A DNA stretch of 63,830 nucleotides, counting the filler, from an uncultured bacterium (GTDB taxonomy: Bacteria > CAYJRR01), in assembly GCA_964372275.1 (NCBI GenBank). It is 5 parts of 5 records of this genome, joined end to end, with 100 filler letters (N's around TTAATTAATTAA, not from the genome) between each part and the next. Parts side by side here need not be neighbours in the genome. Positions count along the whole stretch, not along the records: positions 14,178 to 28,176 come from CAYJRR010000120.1; positions 28,277 to 42,271 come from CAYJRR010000121.1; 3 more parts are not named here. One strand, 5' to 3'. This document shows, one piece after another, positions 19,056-28,524 of this stretch. Each line of letters starts with the position of its first letter. Positions within the stretch are counted from its first letter, which is position 1. Position numbers and translations under genes: made by a program. The notes beneath the pieces are model-generated. The model was not told the DNA's origin, ran no database searches, and worked only from the letters and a program-made list of their open reading frames with translations.

Positions 19056-20401
19056 GACGCCTTTCCCCCTGTCCGGTCTGGGCGTCCGGCGCTCGTCGCC
19101 CCACGATCCGCGCCGGCGCCGTTCGCGCCGGCCGGGAAGGCCTGGGGGAGCTCCAGGGTGAACGTCGAGCCTTCCCCCAGCCGGCTCCGGAGCCGCACGC
19201 GGCCATGCAGCGTCTCCGCCAGTAACCGCACGATCGCCAAGCCCAGTCCCGTCCCCCCGTACTTCCGGGAGAGGCTCCCTTCGACCTGGCGGAACGCCTC
19301 GAACACTCGCTCGTGGTCCGCCTCGGCGATCCCGATGCCGGTATCGCGCACCGAGATCGAGATCCGGCTTTTCTGCGGGTCGACCGCCGCCGAGACCCGG
19401 ACCGACCCTTTGGGGGTGAACTTGAGGGCGTTGCTCAGCAGGTTGACGACGATCTGCTTCACCCTCTGGCGATCGCTCTCGACGCCGAAATTTTCCGGGA
19501 TCTCGGTCGAGACCTCGATCGACGCGCGCGCGATGATCGGCTCGAGCTCGGCGAGCACCTCCGCCATCAGCTCGCGGAAGCAGAACTCCTCGACCCGGAC
19601 CGTCATCCGGCCGGACTCGATCTTCGCCAGGTCGAGGAGGTCGTTGATCATCCCCAGCAGGTTCTTCCCGTTGGACTCGATGCGGGTGAGGTGCTGGCGC
19701 TGGTGGCCGTTGAGCTCGCCGGCGACGCCGGAGAGCAGCATCTGCGCGTATCCGAGGATCGCGTTCAGGGGGGTCCGGAACTCGTGCGACATGTTCGCCA
19801 GGAATTGCGATTTCATGTTCGACGCCTGTTCCGACTCGAGCGCCTGCCGGCGCAGAAGCTCGTTCTGCTCCACGACCCGCCGATCGCGTTCGATCTCCTC
19901 CGTGCGATCGCGGAGCAGGACGAGCGAAAGACCGCGCCCTCCGATCGGTCCTCGGGACACCTCGAACCGGCGCTCGGTGTCGGAGGCCGGATCGAGGAGA
20001 AGGACCTCGCCGGTGCCGCGCGCGTCGAGATCCCGCGCCACGATCCACGCCCGCAGGCGCGCGGCGTTCTCGCGGGCGGCGCGTCGCCGCCCCGCGGGCC
20101 GTCCGGGATCGGGAGCGAACAGCCGGCGCGCGCCGTCGTTGCGCGCGATCACCGACTCCCGTCGGAGCACCAAGGCCGCATCGGCGAGCGATTCGACGAC
20201 CGCTTTCGCCGTGACGCCGTCGGCCGGCGCGACGCCGTCGCCGGCGCGCAGCACGCGCAAGGCGCGCCGGGCGGTCTTCGCCTTCGCTCGCGAATTGGCC
20301 TTCCCCGTTTTCACCGTCCGCCCGCGCAGGAAATCCACTTCGATCGTATCACGCGGCCCCTCGCCGAACGCCCGTGCCAAGCCCATCCGCGGGGAATGCA
20401 A
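19052..20401 (-). CDS. Cytoplasmic sensor histidine kinase (PAS-like, HisKA, HATPase)
   Basis: FLANMSHEFRTPL, NLLSNALKFT, DTGIGI, GTGLGL; no TM; true start may be GTG 20314. Confidence 0.92.
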   Translation of the reverse strand: MHSPRMGLARAFGEGPRDTIEVDFLRGRTVKTGKANSRAKAKTARRALRVLRAGDGVAPADGVTAKAVVESLADAALVLRRESVIARNDGARRLFAPDPGRPAGRRRAARENAARLRAWIVARDLDARGTGEVLLLDPASDTERRFEVSRGPIGGRGLSLVLLRDRTEEIERDRRVVEQNELLRRQALESEQASNMKSQFLANMSHEFRTPLNAILGYAQMLLSGVAGELNGHQRQHLTRIESNGKNLLGMINDLLDLAKIESGRMTVRVEEFCFRELMAEVLAELEPIIARASIEVSTEIPENFGVESDRQRVKQIVVNLLSNALKFTPKGSVRVSAAVDPQKSRISISVRDTGIGIAEADHERVFEAFRQVEGSLSRKYGGTGLGLAIVRLLAETLHGRVRLRSRLGEGSTFTLELPQAFPAGANGAGADRGATSAGRPDRTGGKAS

Positions 20402-20486
20402 CGGCTCCTCGACGCGAAATCTTTGCGCCTTCGGGGCCTACGCCCATGATCCGGCAATGCGCCGCGCCGACCCGCCGGCGTCGACG

Positions 20487-22445
20487 TCATTCGATCCGGA
20501 CCTGGTAGACCCCTTCGGTCACGACGTCGGTTCCGCTGACGATCCGGAACCGCAGGACGTAGGCGCCCGGCGCATAGCGGTGGGGCGGCGGGGCAAATTC
20601 CCCCGGGCAGCCCTCCGCTTCGTCCGTCTCGCCGTCGCCCCATTCCCACTCGCAGCTGTAGGGCCGTCCCGCGCTCGACTCGGCGACGAGGAGCGGCGGA
20701 GGGGCGTAGGAGTCACCGGCCTTTCCCGCCGGAAGCGGGTCGGTACGAAGCCGGGGACCTCGCGGGGGAGCGCCGTAGAGGAGGTAGGCGCGGCCGGCGT
20801 TCGACGCGCTGGCGGGGGCACCGACCACCAGATCGCTGCTCCCGTCGCCGTCGACATCGCCGATGGCGATCGATTCGCCGAAGTTGGCAGAATCCGGCGG
20901 GCCGGTGATGGCCAGGTCGGGCTCCGGCGGGAAGCCGCTCCGGAATGGCGCACCGGGTCCGCCGAGGAAGACGTCGACGCGGCCGCCGTTCGCCCCCTCG
21001 GGGCCCGGAATGCCGACGGCCAGATCGGCGAAGGCGTCGCCGTTCAGATCGCCGATCGCCAACGCGTTGCCGAAGCGGCTGCCGTTCGGTCCTCCGGTGA
21101 CCCAGGCGGAGTCGCACAGTGGTGCGCACGAGGAGCCGCCGTCGTCTCCGTAGTAGACGTAGATCTTGCCGGCGCGCGTCCCGGTTCCGGCGGTTCCGCC
21201 CACCGCATTCGCGAACCCCTCGGCGACCACCACGTCGTCGAGACCGTCACCGTTGAGGTCCCCGCCGCCGGCGATCGTCCGCCCCCGTTCGGCCCCGACC
21301 GCCGATCCATCGCGGTTCCAGGTCGGTGCGATCTCGGCCGGTTGCGAGGTGGGGACGGGCGCCGAGCCCGAAACGAACCAGAGATGCCCCTTGTTCGTCT
21401 GGATCCCCGAATCGTGCGCGTACGATCCGAGGAGCAGATCGTCGGAGAGATCTCCGTCGACGTCACCGGCCGAGGCAAACCAGAATCCGAGGCTCGCGCC
21501 CGCCTGGCCGCCGGTGACGGTCCAGGTGGGGGTGGCGGCGATCGACGGGCCGCCCCGGAAGATCGACACTCGGCCGCGGTCGCCGTCGCGCGAAGGGAAG
21601 GCGATGGCGATCTCCTCATACGGGTCGTCGTCGAAGCGGCCGGCGATGGCGACGACGCGCCCCAAACCGAGCAGGCCGCAGCCCTCCCCGACCGCGGTCC
21701 AACCGGACGGGACGAGCGATCCTCCGCTGGAATGGAACAGCTCGGCGCGGCCGTGGAACTGGTCCGACGAGCAGCCGTTGGTGTCGAAGCGGGACGAACC
21801 GATCACCAGGTCTCCGAGCTCGTCGCCGTTCACGTCGCCGACGGCGATCGAGACGCCGAAGTAGTTGTCCCCGGTGGGTCCGGTCAGGCGTTGGACGTCG
21901 TCCAGATCGGCGGCGAGGCGGCGCTCCACATAGTCGCCGCGGTAGGCGCCTAGCAGGACGTCGGCCCGGCCATCGCCATCGACGTCGCCGGCGGCCGTGG
22001 CGAATCCGAGGCCCGAGCCCGCGTCCCCGGTCCAGGTCGCCGCGGGGGTGGAGCCGGGAACCCGTCCGTTCGTGCCGGCGACCAGCGGCCGGACGGTGAG
22101 CTCGGGGGACCTCGATTCGTATCGGCCCCTCTGCACCCGGACCGATATCTTGTAGTCCGTGCCGGGGGCCAGGCCGGTGATCTCGATCGACGGAACGACC
22201 AGCCCCGCGCTGTCGATCACCCAAGGGGGCTCGTGGGCCGAGGCCCCGGAGACCAAGACGCGATAGCGCTCCGACGCGTTCGCACGCGACCAGGCGAGCG
22301 AGACGCCGCGAACGCTCGCCCGGGCCACCAGCGCCTCCGGTCCGGCCAGCACGCCGATCCGGTCACCGCCCCCCGAGCAGGAGGCGATCGAAACGGCCGC
22401 GCCGGCGGCGCCGGCCAGGAGGAGGGCGCCACGCCGCGCGATCAA
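20487..22445 (-). CDS. Lipoprotein with FN3, seven FG-GAP (integrin-alpha-like) repeats and C-terminal PKD domain
   Basis: TTG 22445 overlaps the upstream stop; SIASC lipobox; ITGLAPGTDY (FN3); seven GD[VL][DN]GD-type loops; WEWGDG..HRY.PG.Y (PKD). The ORF-track 5' extension is a shadow. Confidence 0.85.
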   Translation of the reverse strand: MIARRGALLLAGAAGAAVSIASCSGGGDRIGVLAGPEALVARASVRGVSLAWSRANASERYRVLVSGASAHEPPWVIDSAGLVVPSIEITGLAPGTDYKISVRVQRGRYESRSPELTVRPLVAGTNGRVPGSTPAATWTGDAGSGLGFATAAGDVDGDGRADVLLGAYRGDYVERRLAADLDDVQRLTGPTGDNYFGVSIAVGDVNGDELGDLVIGSSRFDTNGCSSDQFHGRAELFHSSGGSLVPSGWTAVGEGCGLLGLGRVVAIAGRFDDDPYEEIAIAFPSRDGDRGRVSIFRGGPSIAATPTWTVTGGQAGASLGFWFASAGDVDGDLSDDLLLGSYAHDSGIQTNKGHLWFVSGSAPVPTSQPAEIAPTWNRDGSAVGAERGRTIAGGGDLNGDGLDDVVVAEGFANAVGGTAGTGTRAGKIYVYYGDDGGSSCAPLCDSAWVTGGPNGSRFGNALAIGDLNGDAFADLAVGIPGPEGANGGRVDVFLGGPGAPFRSGFPPEPDLAITGPPDSANFGESIAIGDVDGDGSSDLVVGAPASASNAGRAYLLYGAPPRGPRLRTDPLPAGKAGDSYAPPPLLVAESSAGRPYSCEWEWGDGETDEAEGCPGEFAPPPHRYAPGAYVLRFRIVSGTDVVTEGVYQVRIE

Positions 22446-24265
22446 AAGGCCCTCCGCACGCTCGCGGCGATCCCCTGCCGGTTTTCCAACAGCTGCGCGT
22501 CCCGCACCGCCGGTGCGACGAGCGCGTCGGCCGTCCCCTCGAAGCGGACCCATGTCCAATCGCCCGCGTAGCGGATCCCGACCTCCCACGCGGCCCCCAG
22601 CGGCAGGCCGACGCCGAGCTCCCATCGGGCGCCGGCCGCAGCCGGACGATCCCCGGTCGTTCCCGCCGGTCGCTCGCGCCAGACGCCGAAGGGCGAGACG
22701 CCGAGCGCCGCCCGGATCGAACAGACGTGCGTCGCGACGGCGAGCGGCCGCTCGCCGGCGGCGAAGAGCTCCAACGCGACCCGATCGCTCGAGGGGAACA
22801 GTCCGACGTCGCTGCCGTCGAATCGGAGGTCGACGGCGTTGGTCCGTTCCCCCCACAACGCGGCGCCGAGCGTCCAGCTCGACCCGGCGGAGGTGACCGC
22901 CGACCGCCGGCCGACGGCGATCCGCGCGCCGATCGTCCGGCCACCGTCGAGCCGGGCGCTCTCGGCTCCGGGAAGCGGCAGCGGTTCGGTCGATCGCCCG
23001 AAGGAGAGAACGGAGGCTTCGACGTCGGCCACCGTCCGGTTCCGCCGGACCTCCGCGCGGATCACGGGCCCCGATCCGAAGAAGCCGAAGCGGTAGGTGC
23101 GCCCCTCGCTCGCGATCGCGCGCGTGCGGGTCAGGCCGAGCGCGGCGCCGTCCACCGCCCACGCAAGGGGTACGTCGGGCCTCGCCGGCGCCGCCGCGTC
23201 GGCGCGAGCCGAGGCGTTGCCGGACCGCGGCGGGAGCCGGGTCCGCACCCAGCGACCGAGCGCGGTGTGCCCTTCCGGGATCGAGGGGAGCGTCGGTCCC
23301 ATGGCGATCGCATCGGGGGTGGTGCGCGTCCAGACGACGGCCCGGACCTCGGGAGGCGAATCGCGCTCGGCCGCGATCACCAGGACGTCGACCCCCAGGA
23401 GATCCGCGAGGCTGGCAAGGGCGCCGGCGTCGCTCGTTGCCGGGGTGGCGCGCCAGGCGATCGCGCGCGCGGTTCGCTCGCGGTCGGGCGGCAGGGCGAT
23501 CGGGAGGCGAACCGAGACCGAAAGGTCCCCTTCGACGTCGACCAGACGATCGACGCGCCGGAATCCGGGCGCGGTCACGGACACGCGGTGACGTCCCTTC
23601 GGAAGCGTCATCCGCGGTGCGCCAGGACGATCGTCGATCAGGATCGTCGCGTTGCGCGGCGTCGTCTGGATCGCCACCTTGGCCGACGGCAACCCGGCGG
23701 CGCGCGCCGACTCCACCAGCTGGTGCACCGAGGGAGGAAAGACGGCGAGATCGACCGAAAGCCCCGGGTCGAGCGCGAGGGCCGCCGCCGCCTGCGACGG
23801 CGCCTTGGCGTCGTTCAGCGCCTGGTAGATCGCCGCGCGCCACAGCAGGGCGCGGATCCGCTCCGCGGTCGGGACCGATGGCAAATCGTCGAGGATCGAG
23901 AGCGCCACGCTCACGCTCTCGAGCGCTTCGGCGAGACGGTCCTCGTAGAAGGCGGCGCGCGTGGCGGCAATCCGTTCGGACGCCTTGGTCGGAGCGGTTG
24001 TGTCGGCAAGACCGGAGTCGGTGACCGGGAGCGACAACGCCAGCTCCGAGGCGGTGCGCAGCGCGACGGTCGGCACGGTGCCGACGGCCGATTCGAGCAG
24101 CGCCTGGAGATCGCTCGATTTGCGGTCGTCGGTGAGGGCGATCACGCCGGCGCGCGGCCGGACTTCGGCGGGCGAAGCCGGGCGCGCAACGGCGTCGGTC
24201 GGCGCAGCCGCGCCGCCGGTGGACCCCGCCGCGAGAACTCCCACCACGACCCAGCCGGCGACCAT
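22442..24265 (-). CDS. Secreted TPR-like/PEGA protein with probable C-terminal outer-membrane beta-barrel
   Basis: Signal peptide; helical region ending ALALDP...FPPSV; PEGA-like TTPRNATILID...GRHRVSVTAPG; alternating beta-strands; terminal Phe. Confidence 0.75.
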   Translation of the reverse strand: MVAGWVVVGVLAAGSTGGAAAPTDAVARPASPAEVRPRAGVIALTDDRKSSDLQALLESAVGTVPTVALRTASELALSLPVTDSGLADTTAPTKASERIAATRAAFYEDRLAEALESVSVALSILDDLPSVPTAERIRALLWRAAIYQALNDAKAPSQAAAALALDPGLSVDLAVFPPSVHQLVESARAAGLPSAKVAIQTTPRNATILIDDRPGAPRMTLPKGRHRVSVTAPGFRRVDRLVDVEGDLSVSVRLPIALPPDRERTARAIAWRATPATSDAGALASLADLLGVDVLVIAAERDSPPEVRAVVWTRTTPDAIAMGPTLPSIPEGHTALGRWVRTRLPPRSGNASARADAAAPARPDVPLAWAVDGAALGLTRTRAIASEGRTYRFGFFGSGPVIRAEVRRNRTVADVEASVLSFGRSTEPLPLPGAESARLDGGRTIGARIAVGRRSAVTSAGSSWTLGAALWGERTNAVDLRFDGSDVGLFPSSDRVALELFAAGERPLAVATHVCSIRAALGVSPFGVWRERPAGTTGDRPAAAGARWELGVGLPLGAAWEVGIRYAGDWTWVRFEGTADALVAPAVRDAQLLENRQGIAASVRRAF

Positions 24266-24357
24266 CGGTCCTCCAACCGGAGTATCTCACGCGCCCGGCC
24301 GGTCCGGTGCCGATGGTAGGATGCAGGGGATCGCCCGATCCGGTCTTGGACGTCACG

Positions 24358-26001
24358 ATGGCACTGATCTGCCCCTCTTGCCAGACGTCGAACGACGACG
24401 ACGCCATCACCTGCGTCTCCTGTGGAGAATCGCCCTCCCTCGTTCCGCGCCCCCGGGCCGTCTTGCCGGTCGATTCGCTTTCGGGCGCCGAACGGACCCA
24501 GAACATCCCCGCGGACGTGCAAGCGAACAGCGGCAGCATGATCGGCGGCCGCTATCGCGTCGAGGCGGTCCTCGGGCGCGGGGGCATGGGGATCGTCTAC
24601 CGCTCGCACGACACCGAGCTGGGCGAGAAGGTCGCGATCAAGCTGATCGCGCCGGAGCTGTTGGAGGACCCGCGGGAGATCGATCGACTGAAACGCGAGA
24701 TCATCACCGCGCGTCGGGTATCGCATCCAAACGTGATCCGGATCCACGAGTTCGGGATGTCCGGCCGGGACGGTTTCGTCTCGATGGAGGTGCTGCCGGG
24801 GGGAACACTCGCCGATCGGATCAAGGCCGGTCCGATTCCGGTCCTCGACGCCTTGCGAATCGGCGCCGGGATCGCCGAGGGTCTGGCCGCGGCGCACGAA
24901 GCCGGGGTGATCCATCGCGATCTCAAGCCGCACAACGTGCTCTTCGACGCCGGTGGGCGGCCGAAGCTGGGCGATTTCGGACTGGCGCGGCTGGCGAGCT
25001 CGACGAGTCGAACCGTCGGGATCACGGGCACCCCGGTCTATATGAGCCCGGAGATGGCGGAAACCGGCACCGTCGACGAACGGAGCGACCTCTACTCGCT
25101 GGGGGTGGTGCTGTACGAGATGCTGGTCGGACGCCCTCCGTTCGCGGCCGACACGATCGTCCGCCTGGCGATGATGCACGCGCGCGACCCGGTTCCGCCG
25201 ATGGACCTCCACCGGGCCGGGATCCCGGCGGGGGTCGAATCGCTCGTGCGGAAGATGCTCGAGAAGGAACCGACGCGGCGCCCGGCGAGCGCGCGCCAGG
25301 TCGCCGACGCGTTGCGCCGCCTGTCGTCCGGCGGGGACTCGGAGTCGGAGCGCGTTTCCGCCGGAGATACGGTTCGGATCCGGGAGGTCGGTCGGGGCGC
25401 GGCGAGGTCGCGGGCGCCCTCCTGGCAGATTCCGGCGGCGATCGGGGGCGTCGTTGCCGCTGCGGCGATCGGCCTGTTCGCCACGCAGCGGTTGGCGGCC
25501 CCTCGGCGCGCCATGCCGCCGCGCGCCGCCGCCGTTCGACCGGTCGACACTGCGCCGACGGTCGCCGCCACCCCCCGGCCGGTCGACGCCGGGTCGAAGG
25601 TCGCCCTCGCCGCCCGGCCGGTCCCAATGGCGGCGGCTCCGGAGGCGCCGAAGGCGGTCGCCGGACCGGTGGGCGCCGCTCCGGCTCCGACGCGCGCGCC
25701 GGCGCCGAAGGTCGTCGCTCCGCCCGCGCGCACACCCTCCCCGCCGCCGGCGCCGACCCCCGCTCCGGCCCAGGTCAAGTTGACCGTCCTCGGCGTGAAC
25801 AACTGGGTCCAGGTCTGGATCGACGGGACGCAGGTCGCCGAGCAGACGCCGCTCCGGGGACACTCCGTTACGGCGGGTCGTCACCAGGTGCGTTTCGTGA
25901 ATCCGGTGACGAAGTTCGACAAGGTGACGACGATCGACGTCGATCGCGACCTGGTGTTGAAGGTCGACCCGTCGTCCGGAACGGTGACGCAGGCGCGATG
26001 A
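24358..26001 (+). CDS. Membrane Ser/Thr kinase with N-terminal zinc ribbon and C-terminal PEGA-like domain
   Basis: CPSC..CVSC; LGRGGMG, VAIK, HRDLKPHN, DFGLA, GTPVYMSPE; TM; Pro/Ala linker; VQVWIDG..TP..GRHQVRFVNP. Confidence 0.93.
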   Translation: MALICPSCQTSNDDDAITCVSCGESPSLVPRPRAVLPVDSLSGAERTQNIPADVQANSGSMIGGRYRVEAVLGRGGMGIVYRSHDTELGEKVAIKLIAPELLEDPREIDRLKREIITARRVSHPNVIRIHEFGMSGRDGFVSMEVLPGGTLADRIKAGPIPVLDALRIGAGIAEGLAAAHEAGVIHRDLKPHNVLFDAGGRPKLGDFGLARLASSTSRTVGITGTPVYMSPEMAETGTVDERSDLYSLGVVLYEMLVGRPPFAADTIVRLAMMHARDPVPPMDLHRAGIPAGVESLVRKMLEKEPTRRPASARQVADALRRLSSGGDSESERVSAGDTVRIREVGRGAARSRAPSWQIPAAIGGVVAAAAIGLFATQRLAAPRRAMPPRAAAVRPVDTAPTVAATPRPVDAGSKVALAARPVPMAAAPEAPKAVAGPVGAAPAPTRAPAPKVVAPPARTPSPPPAPTPAPAQVKLTVLGVNNWVQVWIDGTQVAEQTPLRGHSVTAGRHQVRFVNPVTKFDKVTTIDVDRDLVLKVDPSSGTVTQAR

Positions 26002-26636
26002 GACGGCCTCGGACGAAAAAGGAACAGTCGGCACAGAGCCGCGAGAGGATCCTCGAGGCCGCCATTCACCTGTTTGCCAAGAAGGGGTTCGCCTCGACCT
26101 CCACCCAGGACATCGCCAAGGCGGCCCGCATGACCCCGGGCGCCCTCTATTGGCACTTCGAGAGCAAGGAGGACCTTCTCATCGCCGTGGTCGAGGAGCT
26201 GATCGGGCGGCTGGGAAGCGCGCTGGCGGAGGAGCGTCGCGCGGCCCCCGGAGGCACACCGGCCCCGGAGGTGGTGCGCCGGATCGTCGACCGGGTGGCG
26301 ACGATCGTCGAGCGCCGGCTCGACGAGATCTTGCTGGTCGGCGTCATCGCCGCCGAGGCGACCGACACCATGCCGCGCGTCGAGGAGGCGCTGAGACGTG
26401 CCTATCGGGGCATCGCCGACATGACGGAGAGGCTGCTGGAGCTTTCGCCGCCCGGCGCCCATCCCTTCACGGCGGCGGAGCGCCGCGCCGTCGCCGAGCT
26501 GTTCCCCGGGATCTACATGGGGGGCGTGCTCCACCAGCGCCTCTTCCGGCGGGAACTGCCGCTCGAGTCGGCACTCCCGGTGCTGAAGAAGATGCTCTTC
26601 GCCGCGCTGTTCCCGTCGATCGCGGCCGCGCGGTAG
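25998..26636 (+). CDS. TetR/AcrR family transcriptional regulator
   Basis: RERILEAAIHLFAKKGF..TS..DIA..A..T.GALYWHF.SKEDL; ATGA overlap with the kinase stop. Confidence 0.95.
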   Translation: MRRPRTKKEQSAQSRERILEAAIHLFAKKGFASTSTQDIAKAARMTPGALYWHFESKEDLLIAVVEELIGRLGSALAEERRAAPGGTPAPEVVRRIVDRVATIVERRLDEILLVGVIAAEATDTMPRVEEALRRAYRGIADMTERLLELSPPGAHPFTAAERRAVAELFPGIYMGGVLHQRLFRRELPLESALPVLKKMLFAALFPSIAAAR

Positions 26637-26739
26637 CGGTATCGGGGCTCACGGGTCCGGGCCGATCGTTCGATCGGCCATGCTCGGCCCCACGCCGCCG
26701 ATTCCCTCGGCGCCACGATTCCGAGGGTCCCGGTCAGCT

Positions 26740-27179
26740 CTTTCACCTCGAACAGCAATACGGGACTGGCGCGCCCGCGGAGCGATTGCGCCGGCAGGGG
26801 CCGAAGTGCTGCCCCGGGGCCGATCCGCTTTCGAACCTCGTCGGTAATCAGGATCGACGCGCCGCACTCCTTGATCACCACGTCACCGGAATGGATCCCG
26901 ATCCCAATCCGTAGGCCGGGAAATCCGACTCGCGACCGCGAACGGGCGTCCTCCACTCCTCCTCCGGTGCGCGCGCCTCCTGGCTGCGACCGCGACCTCG
27001 CGCGCGAGGGCGCGGGCGAGCATGGATCCCACCCCTCCGGAGGCGAGCAGAACGGCGAGTCGGAACGCCAGTTCCTNNNNNNNNNNCTGATGAGCGAGCA
27101 TCTTTTCGATCCCGACCCCCGCGCCGCCGGCGCGGTCGTGTACGCGGACTCCAGCGGTGGGGCGGCGGCGGAGTAGCAT
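26740..27179 (-). pseudogene. Class III adenylate/guanylate cyclase remnant
   Basis: LRIGIGIHSGDVV is fused directly to IKECGASILITDEV..LRGRASPVLLFEV, so the GD.VN.A.RLE segment is missing; the TM part is in another frame and spans the 10-N gap (27077-27086). Confidence 0.65.
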
Positions 27180-27186
27180 CGGCGGG

Positions 27187-28176
27187 ATGCTTCCGATCGA
27201 TCCCTCGCTCCCCGAGATCGTCGAGACGATTCGTCGCGACCGGCAGCTCGTGCTGGAGGCGCCGCCGGGGGCGGGGAAGACGACGCGCGTGCCCGGGGCC
27301 TTGCTCGACGCCGGGGTCGTCGGGGACGGGGAGATCGTCGTGCTGCAACCGCGACGGCTCGCGGCGCGGCTGGCGGCGGCGCGGGTCGCGGAGGAGCGCG
27401 GCGAGCGCCCCGGCGAGACGGTCGGATGGCAGGTGCGGTTCGAGGAGGTGGCGTCGGCGCGGACGCGGATCCGCTACGTGACCGAAGGGGTGCTCCTGCG
27501 GCGGCTGCTGGCCGATCCGTCGCTGCCGGGGGTCGGCGCGGTGGTGCTCGACGAGTTCCACGAACGCCACCTCGAAGGGGACCTCACCGTCGCGCTCCTG
27601 CACCGGCTCCGGAGGACGCGGCCGGAGCTTCGGCTCGCGGTGATGTCGGCGACGCTCGACGCCGGTCCGGTGGCCCGGTGGCTGGGCTGCTCGACCCTCC
27701 GCGTCGAAGGGCGGCGCTTCGACGTGTCGATCGAGCACCTCGAGCGCGACGATCCGCGGCCGCTCGAGGCCCAGGTCGCGGGGGCGGTGACGCGCCTGGT
27801 GGCGGGGGGGCTGGCGGGCGACGTCCTGGTCTTCCTCCCGGGGGCGGCGGAGATCCGCCGCGCGCAGGAAGCGTGCGCCGAGGTGGCGACGCGCGGCGAT
27901 CTCGACCTGTTGCCGTTGCACGGCGACCTTCCGCCGGCGGAGCAGGACCGCGCGGTGCGGCCGGGGCCGCGCCGCAAGGTGATCCTCTCCACCAACGTCG
28001 CCGAGACGTCGGTGACGATCGACGGCGTGGTGGCGGTCGTCGACAGCGGCCTGGCGCGGATCGCGTCGCACGAGTCGTGGTCGGGGATCGCCTCGCTCCA
28101 GGTGGGGAAGATCAGCCGCGCGTCGGCGGCGCAGCGCGCGGGACGCGCCGGGCGCACGCAGCCGGGGCGCGCGGTC
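27187..28176 (+). CDS. hrpB: ATP-dependent DEAH-box helicase HrpB, N-terminal part (truncated)
   Basis: [52 protein letters not shown]. Confidence 0.93.
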
Positions 28177-28276
28177 NNNNNNNNNNNNNNNNNNNNNNNN
28201 NNNNNNNNNNNNNNNNNNNNTTAATTAATTAANNNNNNNNNNNNNNNNNNNNNNNNNNNNNNNNNNNNNNNNNNNN
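28177..28276. other. Artificial contig linker
   Basis: N-run, TTAATTAATTAA, N-run. Confidence 0.99.
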
Positions 28277-28494
28277 CTTCGGGTCTCTCCGTGCCTGCTC
28301 CGCCGTGTTGGGGGGCGTCGGGGGGGGGGGGGGGGGGGGGGGGGCGGCGGGGAGGGACCCTCGTCTCGGCCACCAACTTCGGCGTCGTGCCCTCGGTCGC
28401 CGGCGGCATTGCCGGCGAACAGACGAACTTCAGCAACGTTCCGTTCCCTCGCGGGCAGACGCAAGGCTCGGCCGGGATCTTCGTCGGCCCTTGA
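28277..28494 (+). CDS. C-terminal fragment of a glycine-rich AgmC-like protein
   Basis: poly-Gly..TLVSATNFGVVPSVAGGIAG...GSAGIFVGP* matches the family C-terminus (V.GG..G...GSAG); the 5' part contains a 25-G run that is probably erroneous. Confidence 0.55.
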
Positions 28495-28524
28495 CCGACG
28501 CGCCGTCCGTCGCGTGGAGCGTCG

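Noticed and set aside
20365-20380. TTGGCACG -24 box upstream of the histidine kinase
   Set aside because: The -12 position reads TTCG rather than TTGC; too weak to call.
21930-21945. RGD tripeptide in the FG-GAP lipoprotein
   Set aside because: A single RGD is expected by chance in GC-rich coding sequence.
20487-24539. 1350-aa ORF as a single giant protein
   Set aside because: The 5' half is an off-frame shadow of the 22442-24265 gene; the real FG-GAP gene starts near 22445 with a lipoprotein signal.
28320-28344. G25 homopolymer as a phase-variation tract or G-quadruplex
   Set aside because: It lies about 45 nt from a contig edge inside a Gly-codon tract; poly-G is a common sequencing artefact.
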